Shown here: positions 36,391-46,573 of the stretch, piece by piece
Layout of the letters: every line of letters starts with the position of its first letter
Numbering within the stretch: position 1 is the stretch's first letter
NCBI GenBank assembly: GCA_964448705.1
Contig: CAYUZS010000001.1
Location: 45,601-109,600 of the forward strand
Length of the DNA stretch: 64,000 bases
Origin: an uncultured Gammaproteobacteria bacterium
Lineage (GTDB): Bacteria; Patescibacteriota; Microgenomatia; UBA12405
Direction: 5' to 3'
Program-made: the position numbers and the translations under genes
The notes under the pieces: generated by a model
The model's input: the letters and a program-made list of their open reading frames with translations, nothing else
Told to the model about the DNA's origin: nothing
Databases searched by the model: none

Positions 36391-37311
36391 TTATCTTAAA
36401 TACTTGGCAATATTGGCATTGTGCCCATCAAGAGTGGAGGAATAATACATTTTTCCGTCATTACCCGTAATATAGTAGAGATAATCGTTGTCAGCGGGAT
36501 GATAGGCAGCATAAAGGGAATCGTATCCGGGATTGCAGATAGGACCGGGAGGAAGGCCGGGGTGAAGATAAGTATTATACAGAGAATTTATGGAAAGATC
36601 GGGTTTACTTAATGGTGTCCAAAATTCTTTAGTGGATAATTTGCTGTCCCGGGCATACTGAACAGTGGCATCGATTTGCAGAGCCATATCAATAGAAAGA
36701 CGATTCAAGATAATACCGGCAATTTGCTGCTTTGACTGCAAACTCCGACCTTCACGCTCTAAAAGAGAAGCTAAAGTAACAATTTCTTTTAACGACAGCT
36801 GATTGTTAGTAGGATTAATTTGGGCGGCTGCAAGCTGGTTGTCGAAATTCTTTTTAATTATTTCTGAATAAATACGCTCCGGCTGATAATCGGCAGGCAC
36901 CAGATAGCTATCGGGGAAAACATAACCTTCAAGTGCTTCGTCAAATTTAACGGTTAGCTCGTCTAAACGCTGACCTTCAATAATTTTTAACCAATAATCA
37001 TTGTTGCCCTTAGAGATAAGTTTGGAAATAATTTCCGGAGTGGTGAGAGAAGGTTTTAGTTCAAAAGTACCCGCCTGAAGCCGACCGTTCAGACCGGAAA
37101 AATAAAGGTAAGTCAAAAAGACATATCGATTTCGAATAAGACCATTGTTTTCCAGTTGACGGGAAATAATTTTAGAACTGTCGCCCTGGTTAACAACAAA
37201 CACTTTAGTGGATGTATCCGAAGAAAACGCACTAAGTTCGTAAATATAAAATACAAAAGAAACTAAAATTAAAACAAACGGAATAAGAAGAAATAAAAAC
37301 AGTTTTCTCAT
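36391..37311 (-). CDS. mltG: Endolytic transglycosylase MltG
   Basis: N-terminal TM, LQAGTF, LEGYVFPDSY, LASLLERE, LQIDATVQY, YNTY..PGLPPGPICNPG. Confidence 0.93.
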   Translation of the reverse strand: MRKLFLFLLIPFVLILVSFVFYIYELSAFSSDTSTKVFVVNQGDSSKIISRQLENNGLIRNRYVFLTYLYFSGLNGRLQAGTFELKPSLTTPEIISKLISKGNNDYWLKIIEGQRLDELTVKFDEALEGYVFPDSYLVPADYQPERIYSEIIKKNFDNQLAAAQINPTNNQLSLKEIVTLASLLEREGRSLQSKQQIAGIILNRLSIDMALQIDATVQYARDSKLSTKEFWTPLSKPDLSINSLYNTYLHPGLPPGPICNPGYDSLYAAYHPADNDYLYYITGNDGKMYYSSTLDGHNANIAKYLR

Positions 37312-37508
37312 TAGATTTCATCAAACAGAGCGCGGCGATAAGAGTTTTTCTTTGTATCATGAACAAATATCCGACCGCAGCGGCAAGTTACCAAATCCAA
37401 ACCTTTGTTTTGACTTTTTTTACCATGTGTAAGGGAATCTCCGCAACCGACGCAACGCTCCTGAGACAACAACCACGATTGAATTGGAGAAATTAAATTT
37501 TTGAACAT
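37311..37508 (-). CDS. Small Zn-ribbon protein
   Basis: CVGCG...VTCRCGRIF; coupled to mltG (TAATG overlap). Confidence 0.75.
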   Translation of the reverse strand: MFKNLISPIQSWLLSQERCVGCGDSLTHGKKSQNKGLDLVTCRCGRIFVHDTKKNSYRRALFDEI

Positions 37509-37518
37509 TTTTTTCTTT

Positions 37519-37902
37519 TTAATAATTAGTAACCCGCCGAAGGATAACAGCAGCGGAAACAGAATCTACCATTTTTTTATAATCTTTTTTCTTACCCTGA
37601 TTTTGTTGGTAGATTTCGGTAGCTTCAATGGTGGAGACAGCCTCTTCAACGGTCTCAACAGGTAATTTTATCATGTTCTGAAGACCAGCCACAAACTTTA
37701 GAGTTTGAAGTGCAAAATCACCTTCGGATAGACCAACGTATATTTTGGATATTGAATATTGCGTAATAATCCGAGAAAGATTGTCGATTAAGCGGTCGTC
37801 ATTTTTGAGAGCCGGCAAGGTAGAAATTACACCGGATACTGAATAAGCCAAACCGACATTTTTAGTGCCGTAATCAATGGCTAAAAGATTTAAATTATTC
37901 AT
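37519..37902 (-). CDS. ruvX: YqgF/RuvX family nuclease
   Basis: LAIDYGTKNVGLA, VGL, VEEAVST.EA, DSVSAAVIL. Confidence 0.9.
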   Translation of the reverse strand: MNNLNLLAIDYGTKNVGLAYSVSGVISTLPALKNDDRLIDNLSRIITQYSISKIYVGLSEGDFALQTLKFVAGLQNMIKLPVETVEEAVSTIEATEIYQQNQGKKKDYKKMVDSVSAAVILRRVTNY

Positions 37903-38632
37903 TAATATCAGCGATACGACTTTTAATTACTAAACGACGAAGAAAGGTTCCGGGAGGACTGCAGGTGATCAAACTAAAATAACGTCCATCATAACGCTGC
38001 TCCAGAACTGAGAGGTCGGTTGGCTGGACCTCGAACATTTCTTCGACTAAATATTTATAGCGAATATTATCATAATCAATATAAATCTCATCACCGGTTT
38101 TTAAACGGTAAAGAGTGGAAAAAATTGTTAAGTAAGATTTGGGATTATAAAACTGGGGCAAAACCGAATGTCCAAAAACAATACCGTTACCGGGTTGGCC
38201 GGGAAGAGCAGTATTGGGATATTGAATTAAACTTTTTTTAAGATCCATGCTGCCAACTTCAACGACGGCATCTTCAATTTTCAAAACCGGAATAGAAAGA
38301 CGATAAGAGGAGGTCGGATTGTTGGAAAGAACGGAGGCAGCCGAAGAATCCGAGTGGTTATCGGCTACAAACCAGTTATTTAATTGAGTATAGTCAGTGG
38401 AAGATAAATCACCCAAAATACTACCGGTGTGATTATAAAATTTTGAAGATAATGGGTTTAATATTTGACCAAACTTAGTTGAATATTCCAACTGAAACTG
38501 GACAATAGGTAAAAGGGCTGAAGAAATAAAGAACAAACTTACGGCAAAAAGAGCACCGGCTAAAATTTTCTTGCGACGAGGTGACGGCTTTTTGGGAGCA
38601 GTCTTGATTTCTTTTATGTAGATATAACCCAC
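37895..38632 (-). CDS. Sortase
   Basis: N-terminal TM, LSIP.LKI, PGQPGN..VFGHS, LITC.PPG...RRLVI (His-Cys-Arg triad); GTG start immediately after upstream TAA. Confidence 0.9.
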   Translation of the reverse strand: MGYIYIKEIKTAPKKPSPRRKKILAGALFAVSLFFISSALLPIVQFQLEYSTKFGQILNPLSSKFYNHTGSILGDLSSTDYTQLNNWFVADNHSDSSAASVLSNNPTSSYRLSIPVLKIEDAVVEVGSMDLKKSLIQYPNTALPGQPGNGIVFGHSVLPQFYNPKSYLTIFSTLYRLKTGDEIYIDYDNIRYKYLVEEMFEVQPTDLSVLEQRYDGRYFSLITCSPPGTFLRRLVIKSRIADINE

Positions 38633-40759
38633 TTATTTAACCTCAACAGTAATATTGGAATGTAAAAAAGGCAGAGGATTTACTGCCCGGAGAAAACGAA
38701 AATTAGTTTCGATTTCAAAATTATATACCCTGGGATAATTTGTTTTAATAAGATTCTGAGCAGTTTTAATATTTTTCCCGGAAAGAAGTTTAACCACATC
38801 CGACTGGTCGAATTTGGGCAACGAAGTACCTTTAATCGATAAGGTTCCGGAAACTATCCCGGAGGACTGAGTGACTGAAGAAAGTGAAAGCTCAAAGTTG
38901 TCGGGGTTTAAAATTATTTCATTGAAACCCGGTTCCGACGAGAGCAAGGCGGTTAACATTTGACTTTTTTGATCGTGATTAAGGTAATAAACAGTAACAG
39001 TGCTGGTGGCGGTAGCCGAGAGTTGATCGGCTTCTTCCCCTACCTCACGACTATAAGTTAGACGACTTTTTTTGACCTGGGTTGAATTTTTTATTAAGCC
39101 GTTGACACTGTTGGCCTGGGAAAGTTTGTCATTAACTGCCTGATCGATAGCCATAGTCATTTGAGATTCCAAAGCAGTTTTATCGGCACTGCTGACAGCT
39201 TTAATTTGGCTTTTACTACCACCACTGATGGCACCACTGACTTTAGCTACCAAAATCGTTTCGGCAAAATCTTTAAAATGCAATTGAGTGTCGGCCGGTA
39301 AATTATATTCGGGACCAATGTCGGTGGCAGAGACAATGACTTTGGTCTGACCTAAAGTAATGACTCCGGCCTGTAAATCGGAACTGCTGGAGGCAATTTG
39401 GACCGAAGAACCGAGTTCGTATTTATTACCTTTACTGTCGATTAAAATAGTACCTGAGGAGAGATTTTGAACTTTATCCTGTTTATTAAAAATCACCACT
39501 TCACCTTTTGATTTATCACCGACAGTTTTTTCACCGGTAGTTGGCACAAAAGCACTGGTGCCGATATCAAAAGTCTGCTGACTAACAGGAATTACTTTTT
39601 TAGCCGGGTCATAAGCGGAGGCCGACGGATCTAAAGTTACAGAAATTTGTTTATCGAAATTATAGGGGGTAAAAGATAAAGTAACCTTGGCTTTTGACAA
39701 GAAAAAGGGAATTAAAATCAATAAAGGCAGAACTACCAGCGGGGCAATTAAAATATTAAAGGCCGGCAGGCGGAGAACAGGTAATTTAAATTTAAATTTA
39801 TTTTTTTTGGCAGACGGTGGCGGTGAAGCAACCGGCGGTTCAAAATCTGCAACCAGCTCTGCCGGAGGCGGAATCAACGGATCAAAAGAGGAAAAAACAA
39901 AATTATCGGTGTCAACTATTTCTGTGGTTTCGGGAACAGAAAAACCCAATTCGGAGGCAGAAACTTCATCCAAATTTGATTCAACCATTTCTGATTCTGT
40001 CGGCACCACCTCCTGACTCAAAACAGGATTTGCTGTCTGCGGGGAAAACTGCGAGGTGATCGCCCGGGTATAAATTTGGGCGACTTCCAAAGGAGAATAA
40101 GTTTTAATATCCGGAAAATGGAGAAAAGTTTCGACATCTTTTTTACCTATCCATGGGTAATTTTTTATCGAATCAACAACATTTTCGCCGACGTCGCCAA
40201 AAATAATAATCTGAGGAGGCAATGTTGATTCGGTGTGAAATTCAGTTAAAACATTTTCGAGCATGATCGGCTCGAAGGGAATATTCAGAGGCTTTAAAAG
40301 CCGTTCGGTAACTTTGCCGAGATAAATCAAAGAGACAGACATTTCGGATAAGGTAAGATTCACCAAGACAAAACTGACAGGAAAACCTTCGGCATGGTTA
40401 AAGTCTTCAACAACAGCTTCATCGTTGGTGATGAAACCCATAGGTTTTAGACCTAAGTCGTGGCAAAGAAATTCCACCAGTTTTAAATATTCACCGGAAA
40501 TTTTTCCATCAGAACCGATCCATAAAGGAGGTAAAATCAGAGCCGCAGAATCCGGTTCCTGATCTTCCGGCAGACTGATGGATTCGGCGGCAAAATTCAA
40601 AGATTTATCGGCGGCGGTATTTAGAGATTCTCTTTCGACGACAAAATCCTCCCTGGAACCGACAGCAGAAACAACATAAGACTCGTCAACATAATTGACC
40701 AGGGAAACCGTCACTGTTGAAGGGTGAAGATCAACCAGCCAAAATGATTTGTTATCCAT
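38633..40759 (-). CDS. Bitopic membrane protein with baseplate-J-like extracellular domain
   Basis: Central TM; TTGEKTVGDKSKGEVVIFN, GTIL, V.ATDIGPEYNL, ISGG, VS.AD resemble baseplate J/gp47-like proteins; domain call from memory. Confidence 0.65.
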   Translation of the reverse strand: MDNKSFWLVDLHPSTVTVSLVNYVDESYVVSAVGSREDFVVERESLNTAADKSLNFAAESISLPEDQEPDSAALILPPLWIGSDGKISGEYLKLVEFLCHDLGLKPMGFITNDEAVVEDFNHAEGFPVSFVLVNLTLSEMSVSLIYLGKVTERLLKPLNIPFEPIMLENVLTEFHTESTLPPQIIIFGDVGENVVDSIKNYPWIGKKDVETFLHFPDIKTYSPLEVAQIYTRAITSQFSPQTANPVLSQEVVPTESEMVESNLDEVSASELGFSVPETTEIVDTDNFVFSSFDPLIPPPAELVADFEPPVASPPPSAKKNKFKFKLPVLRLPAFNILIAPLVVLPLLILIPFFLSKAKVTLSFTPYNFDKQISVTLDPSASAYDPAKKVIPVSQQTFDIGTSAFVPTTGEKTVGDKSKGEVVIFNKQDKVQNLSSGTILIDSKGNKYELGSSVQIASSSSDLQAGVITLGQTKVIVSATDIGPEYNLPADTQLHFKDFAETILVAKVSGAISGGSKSQIKAVSSADKTALESQMTMAIDQAVNDKLSQANSVNGLIKNSTQVKKSRLTYSREVGEEADQLSATATSTVTVYYLNHDQKSQMLTALLSSEPGFNEIILNPDNFELSLSSVTQSSGIVSGTLSIKGTSLPKFDQSDVVKLLSGKNIKTAQNLIKTNYPRVYNFEIETNFRFLRAVNPLPFLHSNITVEVK

Positions 40760-40966
40760 TATTAATAAGGATACAACATCAAAAGGCAGGATTCTAATTT
40801 ATTTGGAAAGCAAATGAGAGATATTGTTATGGTCTGATAGATTATGATTTAAGAGATGAAGATATAAGTTATACAAAGCTGACCCTGACTATAATAACGC
40901 GGTAGTTTTGAAGAAAATTTTTACAAATTAAGAAAGGGTGGAGACGTAAAAAAGTTGGTCTAAAAA

Positions 40967-42733
40967 TTAAGACAAGCCGGCGTAGATACGACGTTTGCCC
41001 GAACCGGCAGACTCTTCTTTGGTAATTTTGAAATTTCCTAAAACTCCGGTATTTTTAACATGAGGGCCGGTGCAGACTTCACGGGAAAAATAGTTTTTAT
41101 CGTCGCCGACAGTGTACATCGTCACTACTTTAGGATATTTGGCGCCAAAAAAAGCCAAGGCACCGGAATTTACAGCTTCTTCAAAAGGAAGTGTCTTCAC
41201 CGAAACCGGCAAGTTTAACTTTATTTGTTGATTTACCAAATCTTGAACTTGCTGCAACTGACTATCGGTTAATTTGTCGGGAAACGAGAAATCAAAACGA
41301 AGACGTTCTGAAGTAATGTTGGAACCCGACTGCTGGACATTGGGACCAAGAATTTTTCGCAGAGAAGCATGAAGCAGATGAGTGGCAGTGTGATATTTGG
41401 TGATAATTTCGGAATGGTCGGCAAGACCGGATTTAAATTTACCGGCGGAAAGGGTTTGTGATTGTTGTTGATGCTCTGATTTGTATTTATTAAATTCATC
41501 GACATCCAGCGATAGATTATTTTTCCGTAATTCTTCCTCGACCATTTCAACCGGAAAACCAAAACTTTGATAAAGATCAAAAGCCTCTTTACCGGAAACG
41601 GATTTTTGCCGGTCAATTAATTTTTGGATTTCTCTTAATCCATTGTTTAACGTTTTGCGGAATTTTATTTCTTCAAGATCAATAATTTCAATGATTTTAT
41701 CTTTATTCTGACTTAACTCGGGATAAACACCGCCATAATTTTCCTGATTACCAATAACTGATAAAGCAACTTCTTTAGTAAAGTTGTTTTCCAAACCGAG
41801 CAGTTTACCCTGACGAATCGAGCGACGGATAAGACGACGAAGAACATAACCGGCTTCTTTATTTGACGGCTCAATTCCGTCTGCAATCATGAAAACTGCG
41901 GCTTTAATATGGTCGGCGATAATCCGAAAAGGTTTCGGACTATCCATGTATTTTTTACCCGATATTTCCTCGATTTTTTGGATAATTGGCTGCCAGATAT
42001 CGGTTAGATAATTATCCGATAAACCGGATAAAACAGCAGTGGTCCGTTCAACTCCCATACCGGTGTCGACATTCATTTGAACTAAGGGTTCATATTTTCC
42101 GTCAGCGGTTTTGTTGTACTGCATAAAAACGTCATTCCATATTTCCAACCAACGATTATCATCCGGATCAAATTTAAGAGGAGCATCGCCCTCTTCTTTC
42201 CAAAAAAACATTTCGGTATCAGGACCACAAGGACCGACGGTTCCAGCCGGACCCCACCAGTTGTTTTTCTTTGGAAGATAGGCAATTCTATCGGGAGAAA
42301 TCCCCTGAGACTGCCAAAACTCAGCACTTTCTTTGTCTCTGGGAGCATCACTGTCCCCTTCAAAACAAGTAACAGCTAATTTGTCTTTTGGCAATTTTAA
42401 AACCTTAGTGAGAAACTCAAAAGAAAATGAGATCATCTCTTTTTTAAAATAATCACCCAAAGACCAGTTGCCAAGCATTTCAAAAAAGGTGTGATGATAA
42501 GTGTCCCCGACTTCATCAATATCTCCGGTGCGGATGCATTTTTGAACGTCAGTAAGCCGTTTACCAAGAGGATGGGGTTGACCTAAAAGAAAAGGCACCA
42601 GAGGATGCATACCGGCAGAAATAAAAAGAGTCGTCGGATCATTTTCGGGAACGATTGAAGCACTGGGAATTTCGACATGACCTTTAGAGACAAAAAACTC
42701 AACATATTTATTTTTTAGTTCTCTGGCATTCAT
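40967..42733 (-). CDS. alaS: Alanine--tRNA ligase, short form without C-Ala domain
   Basis: DPTTLF..AGM, HHTFFEMLGNWS.GDYFK, DTGMGVER, HTATHLL, EVCTGPHV; 588 aa from MNARELK. Confidence 0.96.
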   Translation of the reverse strand: MNARELKNKYVEFFVSKGHVEIPSASIVPENDPTTLFISAGMHPLVPFLLGQPHPLGKRLTDVQKCIRTGDIDEVGDTYHHTFFEMLGNWSLGDYFKKEMISFSFEFLTKVLKLPKDKLAVTCFEGDSDAPRDKESAEFWQSQGISPDRIAYLPKKNNWWGPAGTVGPCGPDTEMFFWKEEGDAPLKFDPDDNRWLEIWNDVFMQYNKTADGKYEPLVQMNVDTGMGVERTTAVLSGLSDNYLTDIWQPIIQKIEEISGKKYMDSPKPFRIIADHIKAAVFMIADGIEPSNKEAGYVLRRLIRRSIRQGKLLGLENNFTKEVALSVIGNQENYGGVYPELSQNKDKIIEIIDLEEIKFRKTLNNGLREIQKLIDRQKSVSGKEAFDLYQSFGFPVEMVEEELRKNNLSLDVDEFNKYKSEHQQQSQTLSAGKFKSGLADHSEIITKYHTATHLLHASLRKILGPNVQQSGSNITSERLRFDFSFPDKLTDSQLQQVQDLVNQQIKLNLPVSVKTLPFEEAVNSGALAFFGAKYPKVVTMYTVGDDKNYFSREVCTGPHVKNTGVLGNFKITKEESAGSGKRRIYAGLS

Positions 42734-42772
42734 AGAGGAAATTATATCAAAAATAAGATAAAATACCCGGCA

Positions 42773-43156
42773 ATGACTGAAAATTATTGTCAGGAACATG
42801 AATGCAGCGAATGCTGTATCGGTATGATTCATAGAAGAATCAAAGTGTCTGAGGCCAGCCATTTGGCGGGTGAAGAACCGCGGGTATATTTTTCAAAACG
42901 TAATCAATTCGAACAATCAACCAATGGAGTAATAATGTCCACTTTTGGCAATGAAAAAAATGATTTAATACGTATTTTTCGTCAAAACGGCAGTGGGGCG
43001 AATAAAAAAATCGATTTGTATCATCCGGAGGAATGCCGACATCTGAACGGACAAGGTTTATGCGGAGACCACCCAAATAGGGCTAGCTCGTGTAAGCAAT
43101 TAATACCCGGCGGAAATGAATGTTTAAAAATAAGAAGGGAAAGAGGAAAAGAATAA
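42773..43156 (+). CDS. YkgJ-like cysteine-cluster protein
   Basis: CQEHECSECC...CRHL...GLC..H.NR..SC pattern. Confidence 0.7.
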   Translation: MTENYCQEHECSECCIGMIHRRIKVSEASHLAGEEPRVYFSKRNQFEQSTNGVIMSTFGNEKNDLIRIFRQNGSGANKKIDLYHPEECRHLNGQGLCGDHPNRASSCKQLIPGGNECLKIRRERGKE

Positions 43157-43157
43157 C

Positions 43158-43469
43158 TTATTTTTTGGGTTTAATGAATTTTCGCGGTCGGTTCATCGAT
43201 CTGACAGGAACAGTTTCAACAGAAGAGACAGGATGCGGCAAAACAACCGCTACTTTTGGCGACTTTGTTTTGACTTCTGAAGTATCACCGGTAAATTTAG
43301 AGAAATATTTTTCCAAGTTTTCTTTGAGATCAGCAAAGACTTCCGATTTATTATTTTTGTAAATTAAAACAGCAATAACAGCACCGATAATTGCCCCAAT
43401 TAATATGCCAAAGATAAAACCGCTGCTGTCGGAACCGGAATCTTGTTGACAATTTTTGAAGTCGCACAT
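43158..43469 (-). CDS. YtxH-like membrane-anchored protein
   Basis: GFIFGILIGAIIGAVIAVL then charged tail. Confidence 0.65.
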   Translation of the reverse strand: MCDFKNCQQDSGSDSSGFIFGILIGAIIGAVIAVLIYKNNKSEVFADLKENLEKYFSKFTGDTSEVKTKSPKVAVVLPHPVSSVETVPVRSMNRPRKFIKPKK

Positions 43470-43514
43470 ATTAGTTCGTCAAGTTATAAAGTAAAAAGTT
43501 TATAAAGTTTTAAA

Positions 43515-43766
43515 TTAATCTTCTTTCTTAAAGAAGGAATTAAAGAGATGAAAACCATTTTTAAAACCCATTAAAAAATCAGAAAAAGAAGTAACCGGTT
43601 TGGCGACAGAAGCCGTGATTTGATGAGCATCATCGAGAATAGAAGTAGCAGAAATTACGGCGTTTTTTAGCTCTTTAATCAGAGAAATTAAATAAACAGT
43701 ACAGGTGACGATTGCGGCGGCAATAGCAACTAAACTAACGGCAATTAGAATTTGGGTTAGATCCAT
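43515..43766 (-). CDS. Small membrane protein (DUF948/YoxC-like)
   Basis: N-terminal TM plus amphipathic helix; next to YtxH-like gene. Confidence 0.6.
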   Translation of the reverse strand: MDLTQILIAVSLVAIAAAIVTCTVYLISLIKELKNAVISATSILDDAHQITASVAKPVTSFSDFLMGFKNGFHLFNSFFKKED

Positions 43767-43780
43767 ATAAAAATTATAAA

Positions 43781-44407
43781 CTAATTTTCTGAATTTTCAT
43801 TCAAGAGGTAAGTTCTTTGTTCAGTTTTTACTTTACCACTGGGAGATTTTGATTCAACTACAATAGTAGAAGAACCGGAACCAGGAAGAGTTATTTTTTT
43901 TTCAAAGGAACCGTCGGCATTAACAATAATCAAATCACTGTTGATACGAATTGTTGAGTCGGGATCGGTGATACCAGTTAAATCAAAAGTAGGCTGAACA
44001 AGAGTTTCCGTTGTCGGCCAGTTAACTTTAAGGTCGGGAGGGTGATTAAACTTGACGTATTCCATGACTAAATATGAAGCAAAGACTATTATGGAAAAAA
44101 AGACAGCGATCTTGAAGGTAAACTGAGGGGTAAAAAACCACCTTTTAGAATCTGAAGTTTTACTTTTAGTGACATTGGCAAAATCACGACGAAACAGAGA
44201 AAGGACATCATCACTATTTAAACCCAAAAAATTGGCATAATCTTTGATTATTAACGAACAATAGGGTTCTTCCGGAAATTGGGATCTATTTTCCGACTCG
44301 ATAGCTTCGATATATTTGGCAGATATCTTGAGTTTTTTACAAACCTCATTGATTTCCAAATCCCGATCTTCACGGGCATTTTTAAGTATAACGGAGGCTC
44401 TGAACAT
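43781..44407 (-). CDS. RodZ-like HTH membrane protein with C-terminal Ig-like domain
   Basis: LKNARE..L...V..KLKIS.KYI.AIE, IKDYANFLGL, TM, beta-rich tail; downstream of ftsK. Confidence 0.8.
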   Translation of the reverse strand: MFRASVILKNAREDRDLEINEVCKKLKISAKYIEAIESENRSQFPEEPYCSLIIKDYANFLGLNSDDVLSLFRRDFANVTKSKTSDSKRWFFTPQFTFKIAVFFSIIVFASYLVMEYVKFNHPPDLKVNWPTTETLVQPTFDLTGITDPDSTIRINSDLIIVNADGSFEKKITLPGSGSSTIVVESKSPSGKVKTEQRTYLLNENSEN

Positions 44408-44415
44408 AATGATAA

Positions 44416-46536
44416 TTACTCGGTATTATTAGAATTGCGATGAGGAATAAGAATATTCCTCGGCTTCGCACCATTAACCGGGCCAACAATATTTGCCTGT
44501 TCCAGTTCATCCAATAACCTGGCAGCCCGAGCATAACCAATTTTAAAATGCCGTTGAAGATAGGTGGCAGAGGCCTTACCGGTATCCTGAATAAAGGCAA
44601 TGGCGTCGTTGAACATAGTATCGTGTTCTTCACCGGAAACAGAAACCACATTCGGATTCTTAGAACCGGGAATAGCCACCGGCTGAGCGACAATGTCGTT
44701 GTTATATTCTGTGGGTTTTTGCTGTTTAAGAAATTCAATTAAGTTATTGATGTCTTTATCGGAAACGAAACAACCCTGAACACGAACCGGCTTAGCCAAT
44801 TCAGGAGGAATATAGAGCATGTCTCCCTTGCCTAATAATTTTTCTGCTCCCGGAGAATCTAAAATTACCCGAGAGTCGGTCATAGAAGAAACGGCAAAAG
44901 CAATTCTAGTAGGAATATTGGCTTTAATCAAACCGGTAATAACGTTTACCGAAGGTCTTTGAGTGGCTAATACCAAATGTATACCGACAGCTCTGGCCAT
45001 TTGGGCAATGCGGCAAATATTATCTTCAACCTCTGATGGAGAAAACAACATAATTTCTGCTAACTCATCGATAACAATGACGATATAAGGCATGGATTGG
45101 AAACCGGCCATATTGTTATAAGTTTCAATATTCTTAGCTCCAACTTCAGTGAAAGTTTTATAGCGACGCTCCATCTCCGAAACTGCCCATTTTAAGGCAG
45201 AAACGACTTTCTCCGGTTCAACAATAACCGGGGTTAATAAATGAGGAATACCATTATAAGGTGTCAACTCCACCCGTTTTGGATCGACCATAATCAAACG
45301 AACCTCTTCAGGAGAGGCACGAAATAAAAGTGTGGAAATCCATGAATTGATACATACAGATTTTCCGGAACCGGTTTGACCGGCAATTAAAACGTGGGGC
45401 ATCTTGGTGATATCGGCCACTTTTGGATTGCCGGCAACGTCCAGACCTAAAGGTACGGCAATCTTTGATTTATGGTCTTTCATGACTGATGATTCCAAAA
45501 TGGAACGAAGAGGAACAACTTCCAGTGAACGATTGGGGACCTCGATACCAACCAAAGAACGTCCGGGGATCGGAGCTTCGACTCTGATTTGTCCACCGGG
45601 GGCGGCCAAAGCCATTGCTAAATCATTGCTTAAACTGACGATCTTGGCTAACTTAGTTCCCAAGGCCACCTCCAGAGCATATTGAGTAACTGAAGGACTA
45701 TCGTTAACCTCGGCAACTCTGGCAGTAATTCCAAAGGAATCAAGGGTGTCTTCAATAACCTGAGCATTTTTGTGAACATCTCCCCTATCAGCTTTTGCTC
45801 CGGGAGTACCGTCAAAAATGGAAAGAGGCGGATACTGCCAAATCTGATTCTTCGGTGATTTAATTGAAGAACCTGATAAATCAATTTGTTCGGGAGTATT
45901 TTTCAAGACCGGAGGGATATTGACGACACCTAAATCGTCCTTGTCTTTTGATAAATTTTTAGATTGATTTTCGTTATGGGAAATATAAACAGTATCTTCG
46001 TTTTTAGACTTGGCTGCCTTTGTTTTTGAAGCAGCCACACCAAGCGTATATTTTTTGACGATTTCAAAAACTTTAATTAGGAATTTGACAACAGTCATAA
46101 CGTCGGTGTCAAAAAGAACGACAAAACCGACGATAAAAGCAAAAATAAAAATAATAAAAGCGGCGACCTGACCAAAAAGAGATAAAATTTGATCCCAGAA
46201 AAAACGACCGACAACTCCCTGACGGAAGAGACTGACCAGAGAAATAAACATGACAATTGAACCGAGAGAAATATTTGGTTCTTTTAAAGGGATTTTAAAC
46301 TTGGAAAAAGTGAGAGCAATAAGTAACAATAAAAAAGGAATAAAAATAGAAGTGATACCGAAATATTTGTCTAAAAACAGGTTATATTGAGTGGGAATCG
46401 GACCGGCTTGTAAAAAAGAGACAACCGACAGAGCCGACATAATAGAAAAGAAGACAAAAAAAATTGTCTGAACAGTTGAAGGTTTTAGTTTTAGAGACGG
46501 CAAAAGATGCCTTTTTTTACGACCACGCTTGGACAT
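44416..46536 (-). CDS. ftsK: DNA translocase FtsK/SpoIIIE
   Basis: 4 TM, APIPGRSLVGIEVPN, HVLIAGQTGSGKS, IDELA, LATQRPS, GAEKLLGKGDML, gamma domain IGYARAARL. Confidence 0.96.
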   Translation of the reverse strand: MSKRGRKKRHLLPSLKLKPSTVQTIFFVFFSIMSALSVVSFLQAGPIPTQYNLFLDKYFGITSIFIPFLLLLIALTFSKFKIPLKEPNISLGSIVMFISLVSLFRQGVVGRFFWDQILSLFGQVAAFIIFIFAFIVGFVVLFDTDVMTVVKFLIKVFEIVKKYTLGVAASKTKAAKSKNEDTVYISHNENQSKNLSKDKDDLGVVNIPPVLKNTPEQIDLSGSSIKSPKNQIWQYPPLSIFDGTPGAKADRGDVHKNAQVIEDTLDSFGITARVAEVNDSPSVTQYALEVALGTKLAKIVSLSNDLAMALAAPGGQIRVEAPIPGRSLVGIEVPNRSLEVVPLRSILESSVMKDHKSKIAVPLGLDVAGNPKVADITKMPHVLIAGQTGSGKSVCINSWISTLLFRASPEEVRLIMVDPKRVELTPYNGIPHLLTPVIVEPEKVVSALKWAVSEMERRYKTFTEVGAKNIETYNNMAGFQSMPYIVIVIDELAEIMLFSPSEVEDNICRIAQMARAVGIHLVLATQRPSVNVITGLIKANIPTRIAFAVSSMTDSRVILDSPGAEKLLGKGDMLYIPPELAKPVRVQGCFVSDKDINNLIEFLKQQKPTEYNNDIVAQPVAIPGSKNPNVVSVSGEEHDTMFNDAIAFIQDTGKASATYLQRHFKIGYARAARLLDELEQANIVGPVNGAKPRNILIPHRNSNNTE

Positions 46537-46573
46537 ATAGACAGTATAAAGTAAAAATTCAGAAAATTAAAAT

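Noticed and set aside
38633-40759. Prophage or contractile injection system
   Set aside because: No sheath, tube, spike, capsid or terminase genes; the protein is membrane-anchored among housekeeping genes.
40800-40960. Possible gene remnant between the baseplate-like gene and alaS
   Set aside because: Only short broken frames; nothing recognisable.
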